This document shows, one piece after another, positions 8,548 to 19,162 of a stretch of DNA of 41,349 nucleotides. This DNA is from a virus (Duplodnaviria > Caudoviricetes), in the IMG/VR virus record IMGVR_UViG_3300045831_000017, positions 1-41,349 of that record; one strand, given 5' to 3'. Under the pieces are notes generated by a model, which worked only from the letters and a program-made list of their open reading frames with translations, did no database searches and was not told where the DNA came from. A program made the translations under genes and the position numbers. Position 1 is the stretch's first letter. Each line of letters starts with the position of its first letter.

Positions 8548-9984
8548 TTAGACCCCCGTGATCCTATGAAGCTCCATCAACGACTCGTCCAGCCAGTAGT
8601 CCCCCGCGACGGCGCCAGGGATGGTTGCTGGCGGAGCCCCGTCGCCGGAGAAGAACGCGGGTCTCGCCATCACTACCTCTTCTAGTGCACTCACGTCTGC
8701 CACAGTCGCCCGGGTCGCCACCTGCCCGTCGACGTAGCTCTTCGTTGCCGCATGCGTCGCACCAGTCGGCGTGGCCACCGAAGTGGTCCCGTCCGCTCCC
8801 CGTCGAACGATACTGCCCGGGGTGGCTTGGTAGGTCGCTGAGTCGACTTCGTCGACGGTGTCCTGCAGACCACTGACTTCTCCGATCTGGTGTGTGTGAT
8901 TCAGCGGCGCTTTTCCTGCGAGCCCCGGGACTGTCGGAGACTCCGCCGACCCTCCGAGATCGCCAGACAGCTTCACCTTGCCCTTGATCGTGGTGGTTGC
9001 ATCCGGGACACCGGAAGCCACGACCTCCGCCGCACTTTCAGCACTCAGTCGGGACTTCTCAGCAGAGTCCGCGGACTCCCCCGCCGACGTTGCAGAGGCC
9101 GAAGCCGCCGCTTGAGCATCCGACTTAATGCCCTGTAGTTCCTGCCGGACATCATCGGCCGCGTTCGTGGCCGCGTCCTGCGCCTGTGAGCAGGAATCTG
9201 CGGCGTGTCCCGCGTACTCCTGGGACGCGTCGCGGGCGGTCTCCGCTGCGATCCGAGCTGTGACCGCGTCGTTCTTCGCTGCGATTGCGTTCGACCTGGC
9301 TGTCCATGCGGTGTCGTTGTAGGACCGGCTCGTGTTCGCACACTGCTCGGAGTAAGCCGCCCGCTCCTCCGAGCTGGCGGCTGAGTCCGCGGATGCTGAT
9401 GCCGAGGTCGCGGCATCAGTGGCTGACCCAGCTGCAGCGTCACGAGCGGTCTGGGTCTCGTTGAGGAGGCCACGAGCCGTGTTCTCGTGATCTCCCGCGA
9501 CAGTCGCCGAGGCGGATGACGCGGCGGCCGATGCCGCGGAATCCGCGGCAGACGCGTCCGCTGCTGCGGCGGATGCTGCAGATGCGGACTCCGCATCAAG
9601 GACCCGCTGTGCCGAGCCGACGATAGCGGCAGCCGCCTCAGCACGGTTGGCTTCCTGCGTCGCCCGGGTCGCCGCTGCCTGCGCGGCGAGGATGACCGGC
9701 TCCGGGTAGTCGATCGAATCCTGCATGAGGGACGTGACCTCGACGGGCCCCTCATCTGGGACGACAATGTCCCACTCAGCGAAGACGCTGCCGGCTTCAA
9801 CGCGGAGTCGAGCAGGTCCGGGAATGGCCTCAGCGCTGAACGCCGAGTCCTCGAGCGGTGTGTCCGCCCAGTCCGCGAGGACCAGGACGTTGTCGACGGG
9901 CCGATGGTAGCGGGCAGCGAGCCAGACCGTGCCGTCGAGCTTCGCGCCGAGCTGGTTGCTGATTTCACCGTTGATGACGGTCAT
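8548..9984 (-). CDS. Tail fibre or minor tail protein
   Basis: Long Ala/Ser coiled coil, DATTTIKGKVKLSGDLGG motif and HTHQIGEVSGLQD fibre repeat. Confidence 0.8.
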   Translation of the reverse strand: MTVINGEISNQLGAKLDGTVWLAARYHRPVDNVLVLADWADTPLEDSAFSAEAIPGPARLRVEAGSVFAEWDIVVPDEGPVEVTSLMQDSIDYPEPVILAAQAAATRATQEANRAEAAAAIVGSAQRVLDAESASAASAAAADASAADSAASAAASSASATVAGDHENTARGLLNETQTARDAAAGSATDAATSASASADSAASSEERAAYSEQCANTSRSYNDTAWTARSNAIAAKNDAVTARIAAETARDASQEYAGHAADSCSQAQDAATNAADDVRQELQGIKSDAQAAASASATSAGESADSAEKSRLSAESAAEVVASGVPDATTTIKGKVKLSGDLGGSAESPTVPGLAGKAPLNHTHQIGEVSGLQDTVDEVDSATYQATPGSIVRRGADGTTSVATPTGATHAATKSYVDGQVATRATVADVSALEEVVMARPAFFSGDGAPPATIPGAVAGDYWLDESLMELHRITGV

Positions 9985-9994
9985 CTCAGTCCTC

Positions 9995-10717
9995 CTATTG
10001 CGTCTCGTCCGGGACAGTATCCTGTCCCTTGTTGGTCAACCGGCTGTCCTGCTTCACGACGGCCATCCAGGCATTCCTGGCACCGCCGTCCCACCACCGC
10101 CACCGGCCCGACCACGCTCGCACCCGGATCCAGCACCCGGCCTCAGGTATGACGACGGGAAACGTGCCGCCGAGAGACGTGTAATCTGCTCCACCCGGGG
10201 TGTCAAAGACGACGTCGCGGATAACGTTGCCGGTGGGTCCGAGGATGGTCACATAGATCGCGGACAAGTTTCCGCCCGTGTAGCCCGTGGACCGTGCATG
10301 AGCCTGCACAAACACAAGCCACAAACCCTCTTCGTCAAAGACGATGTTCCTGCCCGTCTCGACGTGCGCCCCCTTCGTCGGGCCGAGCGCACTCTCGTAA
10401 GGTAGGTACCGGTCATTAGAGGACAGAACATTCCACTCGCTGTTGATGTTGAGGCTCTGGTAGGCAGCACAGTATCCGCGGACGCCGTCGAGGAGGTCAT
10501 AGCGATCGGCCAGGGCGAGCTGCCCGTCACTGATCTCACCGAGCGCCCCGTCCTGGCCCTTGAAAAGGCCGGCGACGGCGTCCGCGATGCCGCGGAAGAT
10601 GTTCTGCGCGATGGTGCCGACGTTGGAGAGCATGATGTTGGCCAGCCCGCTGATGGTCGGCTTGATGTCCTCGAGACGGCCCGGCTGGTTCGGCTGGTAC
10701 AGGTCAGGGCTGGTCAT
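9995..10717 (-). CDS. Minor tail protein
   Basis: Start MTSPDLYQ at 10717 overlaps the upstream stop. Position in the tail module. Confidence 0.75.
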   Translation of the reverse strand: MTSPDLYQPNQPGRLEDIKPTISGLANIMLSNVGTIAQNIFRGIADAVAGLFKGQDGALGEISDGQLALADRYDLLDGVRGYCAAYQSLNINSEWNVLSSNDRYLPYESALGPTKGAHVETGRNIVFDEEGLWLVFVQAHARSTGYTGGNLSAIYVTILGPTGNVIRDVVFDTPGGADYTSLGGTFPVVIPEAGCWIRVRAWSGRWRWWDGGARNAWMAVVKQDSRLTNKGQDTVPDETQ

Positions 10718-11061
10718 TCTGATTCTCCTGTCTTCGGCGGGATGATGCCGGCGAAGATGTCGCTTATGACGTCCGTGGACTGTCGAGCGAAATTCTCCAT
10801 TGTGAGGTCCCGCCACTTGCCGGGATTGAGGTAATGCTCCTGCCCGGTTGCCGGAGGCTCCCACATCCGGGATGGCTCAGCGACGATTCCGACCCCGCAG
10901 TACGCCAGGTGAGTGGCGATCGCGTCAGCGAGTTCAGTCGGCACCGGATACGCGCGGGCATCATCGAGGTCCGCCGAGGCCGGGATGTCCTTGAGGAAGT
11001 CGCGGAGCTGCCCGGCGCGGTCTTGAGGGTTGGCGGTGGTGTCTTGGTTGGGGGTGGTCAT
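10714..11061 (-). CDS. Minor tail protein (mycobacteriophage gene 29 / DUF2744-like)
   Basis: Size, position after the large minor tail gene, and the IATHLAYCGV..WEPP..LNPGKW pattern. Confidence 0.65.
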   Translation of the reverse strand: MTTPNQDTTANPQDRAGQLRDFLKDIPASADLDDARAYPVPTELADAIATHLAYCGVGIVAEPSRMWEPPATGQEHYLNPGKWRDLTMENFARQSTDVISDIFAGIIPPKTGESE

Positions 11062-12740
11062 GCTTCTACCTCCAGTGCTTGCAGGATTTTGCCGACTGAT
11101 TCGAAGGAGCGGAGCAGGCGGGCTTCGGGAAGTTCGCGGGCGGGGTCCGCGCCGAGGGAGATGTCGACCTCGACATCAGTGGTGCGGGACCAGGAGTGCT
11201 TCACGGCGTGAATGCGGTTGATCCAGTAGCGGGTGCCGAACTGGAACGCGCCACGGCTGCCGAGGGTAAAGTCCCTTCCGTAGCGGTAGGGCTGTCCGTC
11301 GACGATGGGGACGGAGTGTGCGGCGCTGGCCGCGGTCTCGAGCATGCCGGTGCGCCGGGCCTGCAGTGCGGACAGGGAGAAGCCGTTGGAGCCGGAGGTG
11401 ACCCAGTGCTCGGGGCGTCCGAAGCGGCCCATCTTGGAGCGTCGGCGTGGGCTGGTCTGCGAGGAGAAGGCGAGGGCGACGTCGGTGATCTGTGATTCGA
11501 AGACGCCGATGCCGAGTCCGGGGTTGCCGATCAGGGCGCCGAGCCAGCCGAGAGCGGCGTTCGCGGCGAGCTTCGCTGCGCTGTTCATCCAGTCCGGGGA
11601 CTTGCCACCCTGCGCGAGGGCCCAAGCGGTGGGGCGGGTGAAGTTGATCTCTGAGCCAGGCATGAGGTCCAGGCGCTCGGAAGGGTCGCCGGAGTTGGTC
11701 GCGGGGATCGGTGAGTGCCAGATCGGGATGTCCTCGGTGACCCTGTCGACGAGGTCGTCGCCGGGGCTGCTGGGGTCGAGGATGGACCAGATGTCGTCGA
11801 GCCCGTCGTTGGTGACCTCTTTCCCCCACTTCAGCAGGCCGTCGAGCATGGTGCCGGTGACGTTGACAGCTCCGGACTGCTCGATGACGTCGACGAGGAC
11901 GGTGGGTTTGTAGAGGGTCATGTGGTCAGGGGCCGGCTGGGGGTCTCCGGGCATCCAGCGCCACACTTTCAGTTTGAGCTGTGCGTCTTCGAGCGTGGGG
12001 CCGATGAGGTCGGAAGCGAGGGCGAAGCGGGAGGCGAGGCAACACCACTCGGTGGTGTCGTGCAGGAGGTCGGCTCCGGGGAGGACCATCACCGGCCATC
12101 TGTCGATGTTGGAGCGGATGAAGAATCGTGAGGCCCACTGGTCGGCGTCGAAGAGGTTGTCCGGGAGGGTCCACAGGCCGTCGAAGAGGCGGCGGAAGTT
12201 GGCCAGGAGATAGTTCTTGATGACCCAGGCTGACGGTCCGGCGAGGATCATAGACTTTGGCCACTGCAGGGCTGCCGGGGCGATGGGGTTGGACCAGCAG
12301 ACGAGGGACTTGATGAAGATCCAGTCGTGGACCAGTTCCCAGGTGACCTGGATGTCCCCGTCGTCGGAGACGGAGACCTTGACGTTGTCGACGATGCCGG
12401 ACCAGCGGGTCTCATCGGCGGGGACCAGGCCGGTGGCGTCCGGGTAGTCGATGATGACGGAAAAGACCTGCTCGACGTCGAGGTCGAAGATGGACCAGCC
12501 TGCAAGGTGATGGTCGACCGGCAGGACGATGGTGGCGTCGCCGGCGTCATTGAGGAGCAGCTCGGCGGAGCCGGAGTCCTCCCCCTCTAGGATGTCGCGG
12601 ACCTCGCCGTCCGGGTCGAGGACGGTGATGACGGGGCGGTCGAGGGAGGATCGTGCTGCATTGGCCAGGACGGTCTGTGCGTGGTCGTAGACGCCGGTCA
12701 GGGGGTTGTGTTCGAGGGTGCTCACCATCCGCGCTTCCAC
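11058..12740 (-). CDS. Minor tail protein (baseplate hub, Gp37-like)
   Basis: Motifs LNDAG, RWSG, GGKSPDW and DGQPYRYGRDFTLG typical of the actinophage gene two after the tape measure. Start may be GTG 12725. Confidence 0.85.
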   Translation of the reverse strand: MEARMVSTLEHNPLTGVYDHAQTVLANAARSSLDRPVITVLDPDGEVRDILEGEDSGSAELLLNDAGDATIVLPVDHHLAGWSIFDLDVEQVFSVIIDYPDATGLVPADETRWSGIVDNVKVSVSDDGDIQVTWELVHDWIFIKSLVCWSNPIAPAALQWPKSMILAGPSAWVIKNYLLANFRRLFDGLWTLPDNLFDADQWASRFFIRSNIDRWPVMVLPGADLLHDTTEWCCLASRFALASDLIGPTLEDAQLKLKVWRWMPGDPQPAPDHMTLYKPTVLVDVIEQSGAVNVTGTMLDGLLKWGKEVTNDGLDDIWSILDPSSPGDDLVDRVTEDIPIWHSPIPATNSGDPSERLDLMPGSEINFTRPTAWALAQGGKSPDWMNSAAKLAANAALGWLGALIGNPGLGIGVFESQITDVALAFSSQTSPRRRSKMGRFGRPEHWVTSGSNGFSLSALQARRTGMLETAASAAHSVPIVDGQPYRYGRDFTLGSRGAFQFGTRYWINRIHAVKHSWSRTTDVEVDISLGADPARELPEARLLRSFESVGKILQALEVEA

Positions 12741-13543
12741 CTCCTCTCAGTGATGATCTGCAGGGCACCGGTGCCAGTGACGGTGACCTTGGTCGGTGGG
12801 GTGTGCGGCGGCAAGGGCTGAGTGAAACGCTGTCCGGCGAGTAGCGGGTAGCCCGGGGTGCCGTCGGCGTAGGTGACCTTCTCCACACCGGGAAGGGTGC
12901 GGACGACGATGGGCTGGGTGGCCTGCTTGAGCGCGACAGTGTCTCCGCTAACGCCGTCCGGGAAGGTCCACTGCCCCGCCTCGGCGACGAAAGTGGGCCA
13001 CGCCGGAAGGTCAGTGGGGTTCGACAGGACCACGGTGGTCTCCCCCTCGCACTCCCAGTCGGTGGTGTCGGTGTGGCCGTGGGCATCGACGTCACACGCC
13101 ACGAGGGTCATCTCCATGGTGACGATGCCACGGCGCCGGGGATCCACGGCGAGGTCGACTTCGATGTCCTCTCGGGTGCGGACATCGAACCAGCGGGCGG
13201 AGTCGTCGGTGATGACCCACAGGCGGCCGTCCTGCTCCATGGACCAGGACCGGTCCCAACGTCGCTCTACGACCGGCAGCGGATCGTCCGCGGTGGCGGT
13301 GAGGTGGACAGTGAGGTCGATGACCCGCTCGTCAACCTTCACTGTGCCCGGGGTCGAGCCCCGCTGACGGGCCGAGGACCGGGTCCGCAACGTCGACGGC
13401 GGATCGAGAATGCCCTTGGCCGTCTCGATCCACGCGCCCTCCTGCCGCGCCCCGGCGCCGTGAAGCACCCAACGCGACCCGTCGACGCCGATCCAGATGA
13501 TCCTCAGATCGGAGCGGCGGCGGGCGATGAACAGGTCATTCAC
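12722..13543 (-). CDS. Distal tail protein
   Basis: WIGVDGSRW.L N-terminus and NPTDLPAWP motif, first gene after the tape measure. Confidence 0.8.
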   Translation of the reverse strand: MNDLFIARRRSDLRIIWIGVDGSRWVLHGAGARQEGAWIETAKGILDPPSTLRTRSSARQRGSTPGTVKVDERVIDLTVHLTATADDPLPVVERRWDRSWSMEQDGRLWVITDDSARWFDVRTREDIEVDLAVDPRRRGIVTMEMTLVACDVDAHGHTDTTDWECEGETTVVLSNPTDLPAWPTFVAEAGQWTFPDGVSGDTVALKQATQPIVVRTLPGVEKVTYADGTPGYPLLAGQRFTQPLPPHTPPTKVTVTGTGALQIITERRWKRGW

Positions 13544-13564
13544 TGCTGTCTCCCTTCATTGATG

Positions 13565-16500
13565 TCACAGGCCCCGGCGCGCGCGTCCGCGAGAGCGGTC
13601 ACGGCGGGCCATCTTCCGGTCGATCTCGGCAGCAACCTTCTCGTTGCCGGTGTCGACGTAGATGGTGGTGTGGTCGCCGCCTGCCCCGTCCGCGGTGAGG
13701 CGGGCGAGGTCGGGCAGTTGGGTGTAGACGAGCTCGTCGAAGGCGTCTGTCTGGCGGGGACTGAGGACGCGCTCGGGTCGGATCGTCTTCTTGGCCATCA
13801 GGCCGACGCCGGGCGCGATGCCGCCGCGGTCGTACCATCCGTTGGCCTCCCAGAACTGGCGGGCGACGGAGGGGTTGGCCTGGTAGCGGTCGGTGATGTA
13901 GCGGGCGCCGGCCTTGCCTTGGACGGCGGGGTCGGTGGAGCGGTCGGGCAGGTATTCCTGCAGGGTTCCGCTGGACGGGTTGAACTGGAACAGGCCGAAC
14001 GCACCCGAGGACGGGTTGGTGGCGTCGATCTTCCAGGAGGATTCCTTGTTGATGATCCAGTCGGCGTCGGTCCACTTCTGTCCGGTCCAGCCCTTGTTGG
14101 CGAAGATCGCCTGGACGGTGCCTTTGACGGTGCCGTCGCCGCCGGTGGCGGTGGCGGAGTCGTCGAGGTCGGGCATCGGGTCGAGCTGGATGGTCACCGG
14201 TTTGAGTTCGGTGCCGGTGGACGTTTCGGTCATGGCGACGGCCTCGGTGGTGTCGACGCTGGCGGCTGCGGTGGTGTCCGCGGCGACAGCGGAGACGGTG
14301 TCGGAGGTTGCCTGGGTGTCGGTCTTCTTCTTTCGTCCCTGCTCGTCGACCAGGGTCGGGTCCTTGAGGTTGGTTCCCTTGAGGCCGAAGAGTCCGAGGA
14401 ACTCCTTGGCGATGGAGTTCCCGGCGGTGCCTGCGATCTGCTGTCCAACGAGGTCCCAGCGGGTCGGCTCGATGTCCTTCTCGCGCCATTCGGGGTCCAC
14501 CTCATCGGAGGATGAGAGGCCGATGGTGCGGGCGAAGCCCTGGATGAGGGACACGTCGTCGTCGGACAGGGTGGTGGCCTTGCGGCCGTGGACTACAGCG
14601 TCGGAGACGGAGCCCACAAGGTCGGTGACCTTGCGGAGCTGCTCCCAGTTGAGGATCGCTTCGGGTCCGCCGGTGTGGTTGGTGACCAGGGACGTGCCCT
14701 GGGGCAGCCAGCCGCCCCGGTCGCGGAAGATACCGGTGATCGTGGATACTGCGCCGCCGACGAAGTCCTTGGCCTTGTTGTACGCGCCGCCGAGGAGTCC
14801 GCCGAGGTCCTCGATCTTGTCGAAGATCCAGTCGATGATCTTGTCCTTGGACGAGCTCATCGCCTTCGGCGGGATGTTGAACCACTCCGGCGGCGGGGTG
14901 CCGACGTGAGAGGCGAACATGTCCTTGATCGGGTCCAGGAGTTTGTCGAAGATCTCCTTGACCTTGTCGCGCAGGATGGACTTCTTCTGCTCCGGGGACG
15001 GGCCGCCGGCGGACTCGAATGCGCCGTCCGCGCCGATCGCCAAGTGGTAGTTGCCACTGCGCCACTGGCCGTCGTCGGCTCCGGCGGCGGGGCCGCCGTA
15101 GGCGACGTTGCCGTGGGCGCCGCCGGACTCGACGTTGACTGCGCCGAAGGAGCCGACGGGGCCGAGGGTGCCGGCTGTGTGTCCCATCTGTCCGCCGGAC
15201 TGCGGGCCACCGGTCATGCCGATGGACATGCCCGGTCCGAGTCCGCCCTCCCACCGCTGGTTGCCGGCGGAGACGGAGCTGGACTGGGATGCCGGGAATG
15301 CCGGGGTTGCCCAGTGGCCAGCGTTCGGCTCAGCCCCGACGATGACCGAGGCGATCGCGGACATGTAACCACTGCAGTCGCCGCCGTTGGGCCACTGCGA
15401 GCCGGTCAGGTAGGGGCGTCCGTTCATGGACGCGGCCCACCGATGGCCACGCTCAAGCTGAGACTCCCACTCGGGGCGGACTTCACCGCCGTCGGCGTGA
15501 GCCTGCAGGCCGTCCTTGAACTGCTGCAGCGGGCGGTTGTCCCGGCGATTGGGGCGACGGTCCTCGGAGAAGACCTTGCCAGAGTCCCAGGTGAAGGACT
15601 GGCCGGAGTCCAGGAGGTGGCGCATGGCGTAGACCGTGGAGTGCCCACCAGCGTGGTCGACCTCGCGGGCGGTCATCATATGCTCGCCGTTGGAGCCCCA
15701 CATCAGGACATCGTCGGAAGTCCCGGTGCCGGGTCCTGCGATTCGGCCACCGGTGGCGTGCTCCGGGATGGTGGAGAGCTCACTGGCCTCATCGAGCCCG
15801 GGGATGAACTTGGCCACCGTGTTCCAGGCCTTGAGGATTCCGCCGTTGTAGACCGTCGTGATCATGAAGTTGATCGGCTTGGCGAGGTAACCGCGCAGCT
15901 TCTCCCACACGCCCTTGATGCCGTCGACGATGGTGGAGAAGAAGTCCTTCACCGACGACAGGGCGTTCTTGAGCGTGTCGAAGGCTGGCTTGATGACGTT
16001 GTCGATCACCCAGCGGATGCCGTCGCCGAGGGCGTCCCACACCGGCTTGATGACCGAGTCCCAGATCATGCGGAAGAAGTCACCGACCGCCTGGAGCGCG
16101 GCCTTGAGCGCATTCCACGTCGGCTGGATGACGTTGGTCCACACGAACTGGATTCCCGTGCCGAGAGCGTTCCACGCGGGCTGGATCACGGAGGTCCAGA
16201 CCGCGCTGAACACTGTGCCGACGAAGTTCCACGCTGCGGTGATCGCGTTCCACACGGGCTGCAGAACGTTGGTCCACATCCACTGGGCGGCAATGCACAG
16301 GGCGTCCCACACCGGCTTGATGATGGAGTTCCACGCGAAGCTGATGACCGTGGACAGGTTGTTCCACGCCATGGGGATGAACTGGGTGAAGATCGGCATG
16401 AGGATCGTTTCCCACATCCACGTCGCGGCAGCAGACAGGGCGTCCCAGGCGGGCTTGATCAGCCCGCTCCATGCGGCACTGATGCCCGCGGACAGGAGGT

Positions 16501-18376
16501 TCCAGGCGATGAGCAGCGGGGCGAGGATCAGCGTGCCGATGACGCCGAGGGTCGTGGACACGACGGTCCACAGCACGTCAAGGACCGGCTTGAGCACGGA
16601 GTTCCAGATGATCTGGATGCCCCGGAAGCAGGCTCCGACGGCGTCGCCGAGGGCGGAGACGACCGTCTTGAGGCCGTCCCAGATCGGGGCGAAGACGTCC
16701 TTGAGCCAGGACCAGACGTTCTTGAGGACGTCCATGAAGGACGCCCAGATCCGCTTACCGGTCTCGGTCTTCGTGAAGAACAGGACCAGGGCGGCGACCA
16801 CGGCCACGACAGCGGTGATGATCGCACCTATCGGATTAGCCGCGATGGCCAGCCCCAGCATCTTGAACCCAGTGGCAGCGAGCTTGAGCACGGAGAACAG
16901 GCCCTTGAAGATCCCGCCGAGGCTCAGAATCCCCTTGCCCAGCCCCGCGACGCCCGGCGCGGTCTTGGCTGCGATTCCTCCGAAGCCCTTGACGGCGGAC
17001 ATGATGCCGCCGCCGGAGGTGATCATGGCGCGGGCGGACTTGAACGCGGTGCCGAGGCCGGAGACCTCCTTGGCGACCTTGCCGACCGGCCCGACGACCA
17101 TGTTGAGGGACTTCATGCCGACGAAGGCGAGGACGAGTTTCTCGACGATGCCCTGGTTCTCCGACATCCAGTGCGCGAGATCCTCGAGCAGGGGCACGAG
17201 GATGTCGGCGACGACCGGGGCGAGGGCGGCCATAGCCCCGGTGATGGAGACCACCGCCGCCTTCATCCCGGCTTCGCCAAGGGAGGCGGTGATCTGGCCG
17301 ATGGCGGGCATGGCGTCAGCGATGGCCTGGCCGATGGTGCCGACTGAGGCACCGAGGCGGCCCATGACCCCGTCGATGTCGCCACCGGACAGGGCGGTGG
17401 TGAACTTCTCGACCTCTTCGCGGAGGTCGAAGAAGAAGTCGATGATTTTGGAGTCTTCTTCGATGCCCAGTGGGCCCCAGGTTTTCGGGTCGAAGTCTCC
17501 GGTCTGGAAGATCTCGATCGCACCCTTGGTGACGTTGGTCAGGGTGTCGATCTTTTCGGTGATGCCGCCGATGATTCCCGGGGCGGCGGTGAAGGCTGGT
17601 TTGAGGATTGCTTCGCCGAGGCGTCCGAGAGCTGCGCCGGCGTTGTCCATGGCTCCGGAGAAGGTGTTGCCGGCCTTGAGGGCTGCTCCGCCCATTCCGG
17701 CTTCCATGGCGTTCTGGAAGGTTGCGAAGTCGATTTCGCCGGAGGAGGCGAGGTTGGTGACCTCTTCGGCGGTCTTTCCCATCTCCTCGGCGAGGAGCTG
17801 GACGACGGGGATGCCCTGGTCACTGAGTTGGGCGATGACGTCGCCCTGGATCTTGTTGCTGGTGGCGACCTTGTTGAAGATCGAGCCCATCGAAGACATG
17901 TCGGTGCCTGCGATGGAGGCTGCGTCACCGACGAGCTTGAGTGTGCGCTGCAGGTCCTGGCCAGGCTTGACCCCGGCTGCGACGGTGGCAGCCGCGACGG
18001 TGGCGGCGTCACCGAGGCCGTAGGCGGTCCCCTTGACCGAGGCCATGGCATCGTCCATGATCGCCGAGACATCCTCGGCGGAGTTCCCGAGACCGGAGAG
18101 CTTCGCGGTGGCCTGGTCGATGGCGTTGAGCCGGTCGAAGCCCTTCTTGATCGCGGTGCCGAGGGTGCCGGCGACCGCGCCGCCGACGCCGATGGCCGCG
18201 CCCTTCATGGCCTTGCCGACGCCGGACATCAGCTTGGAGCCGATGCCGCTGCCGGTCTTGGTCATGGAGGACTCGACCCCGGCGAATGCCTTGTTGACTC
18301 CCGGCGCGATCTTGGAGGTCTCCGGGATGATGGAGATGTAGCCTACGGCGAGTTCGTTGCCGGTCTTGGCTGCCAT
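13565..18376 (-). CDS. Tape measure protein with C-terminal peptidoglycan-hydrolase domains
   Basis: 1603 aa. ELAVGYISI N-terminus and Trp-periodic repeats (KPVWDAL). GGDCSG...GHTAG (NlpC/P60-like) and KESSW..ATNPSSGAFGLFQ (lysozyme/SLT-like). Confidence 0.95.
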   Translation of the reverse strand: MAAKTGNELAVGYISIIPETSKIAPGVNKAFAGVESSMTKTGSGIGSKLMSGVGKAMKGAAIGVGGAVAGTLGTAIKKGFDRLNAIDQATAKLSGLGNSAEDVSAIMDDAMASVKGTAYGLGDAATVAAATVAAGVKPGQDLQRTLKLVGDAASIAGTDMSSMGSIFNKVATSNKIQGDVIAQLSDQGIPVVQLLAEEMGKTAEEVTNLASSGEIDFATFQNAMEAGMGGAALKAGNTFSGAMDNAGAALGRLGEAILKPAFTAAPGIIGGITEKIDTLTNVTKGAIEIFQTGDFDPKTWGPLGIEEDSKIIDFFFDLREEVEKFTTALSGGDIDGVMGRLGASVGTIGQAIADAMPAIGQITASLGEAGMKAAVVSITGAMAALAPVVADILVPLLEDLAHWMSENQGIVEKLVLAFVGMKSLNMVVGPVGKVAKEVSGLGTAFKSARAMITSGGGIMSAVKGFGGIAAKTAPGVAGLGKGILSLGGIFKGLFSVLKLAATGFKMLGLAIAANPIGAIITAVVAVVAALVLFFTKTETGKRIWASFMDVLKNVWSWLKDVFAPIWDGLKTVVSALGDAVGACFRGIQIIWNSVLKPVLDVLWTVVSTTLGVIGTLILAPLLIAWNLLSAGISAAWSGLIKPAWDALSAAATWMWETILMPIFTQFIPMAWNNLSTVISFAWNSIIKPVWDALCIAAQWMWTNVLQPVWNAITAAWNFVGTVFSAVWTSVIQPAWNALGTGIQFVWTNVIQPTWNALKAALQAVGDFFRMIWDSVIKPVWDALGDGIRWVIDNVIKPAFDTLKNALSSVKDFFSTIVDGIKGVWEKLRGYLAKPINFMITTVYNGGILKAWNTVAKFIPGLDEASELSTIPEHATGGRIAGPGTGTSDDVLMWGSNGEHMMTAREVDHAGGHSTVYAMRHLLDSGQSFTWDSGKVFSEDRRPNRRDNRPLQQFKDGLQAHADGGEVRPEWESQLERGHRWAASMNGRPYLTGSQWPNGGDCSGYMSAIASVIVGAEPNAGHWATPAFPASQSSSVSAGNQRWEGGLGPGMSIGMTGGPQSGGQMGHTAGTLGPVGSFGAVNVESGGAHGNVAYGGPAAGADDGQWRSGNYHLAIGADGAFESAGGPSPEQKKSILRDKVKEIFDKLLDPIKDMFASHVGTPPPEWFNIPPKAMSSSKDKIIDWIFDKIEDLGGLLGGAYNKAKDFVGGAVSTITGIFRDRGGWLPQGTSLVTNHTGGPEAILNWEQLRKVTDLVGSVSDAVVHGRKATTLSDDDVSLIQGFARTIGLSSSDEVDPEWREKDIEPTRWDLVGQQIAGTAGNSIAKEFLGLFGLKGTNLKDPTLVDEQGRKKKTDTQATSDTVSAVAADTTAAASVDTTEAVAMTETSTGTELKPVTIQLDPMPDLDDSATATGGDGTVKGTVQAIFANKGWTGQKWTDADWIINKESSWKIDATNPSSGAFGLFQFNPSSGTLQEYLPDRSTDPAVQGKAGARYITDRYQANPSVARQFWEANGWYDRGGIAPGVGLMAKKTIRPERVLSPRQTDAFDELVYTQLPDLARLTADGAGGDHTTIYVDTGNEKVAAEIDRKMARRDRSRGRARRGL

Positions 18377-18400
18377 GGTGGTCCTCCTGCGGGGTCGGGG

Positions 18401-19095
18401 TTAGGCGGGGATGAGGCTGGCGTCCCATCCGAGCCAGTCGGCGATGTCGGCGATGGGGGCGGCTTCGCCTACGTAGCGGCCGGATTGTCCGATGTCGGGG
18501 TTGATGGTTTCCGGTTCGGCGTCGTGGGCCTTGGGGCGTGGGTAGGGTTCGGGTTTCTCTGCGGTTTTGTCCATGGCGCGCTGCCAGTTGGCTCCGGCGA
18601 GGACGTCGAAGATGTCGGCGAGGATGCCGGTGTTGCGGTTCCAGCCGGAGAAGTCCGGCTCGGTGGCGCGTATGAGTGCGGAGTCGATGTCGGACTCCGT
18701 GACGATGACGTAGAGGTCCCTCCAGTTGAGTCGGTCGGTGCCGTCGCACAGCCAGCGCAGGCGTAGGCCCTCACCGATCAGGTCTCGCTCGACGGCCCGG
18801 CAGGTGTCCGGGTCGTCGAGGAGGTCTAGGAGGCCGAGGATTCCCCCACGGAGGTGTCGCCCTCCGGGCCGGTCTGCCATGCGACCATGAAGTCCTGGAA
18901 CTCGCCCATGGGGAGGTTGTCGATCTGGTCGAGGGTGGCTTCGTCGGCGACCTTCTCGAGCATCTCCCAGCCGAGCTCCTCCTGGGACTTGGAGCGGTTA
19001 CGGCGGAGCCATCCGGCGGTGAGTGCGTCGCGGATCCAGGGGATGGTGATGTCGGCGCCGGTGGCCTCGGAGTGGTAGTGGAACTTCTCGAGCAT
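18401..19095 (-). CDS. Tail assembly chaperone, long (GT) form via -1 frameshift
   Basis: In-frame G GGG GAA at 18841-18847 links the G frame to the -1 ORF ending at 18401, the canonical arrangement before the tape measure. Confidence 0.85.
18826..19095 (-). CDS. Tail assembly chaperone, short (G) form
   Basis: MLEKFHYH start after AAAGGA SD, 89 aa ending ...SVGESSAS. Confidence 0.85.
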   Translation of the reverse strand: MLEKFHYHSEATGADITIPWIRDALTAGWLRRNRSKSQEELGWEMLEKVADEATLDQIDNLPMGEFQDFMVAWQTGPEGDTSVGESSAS

Positions 19096-19162
19096 GACGG
19101 GGTCCTTTCTGGGACGGGGTCTTGGGTGGAAGAGGGGACGGGGTCGGTGGTGAAGCTGGGTT

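Noticed and set aside
15880-16760. Periodic repeats within the tape measure gene
   Set aside because: Ordinary 11/22-residue Trp-periodic tape-measure repeats.
14588-18023. Very long plus-strand ORFs (919 and 702 aa) and similar ones opposite capsid, portal and terminase
   Set aside because: Antisense shadows of high-GC genes with biased composition and no motifs.
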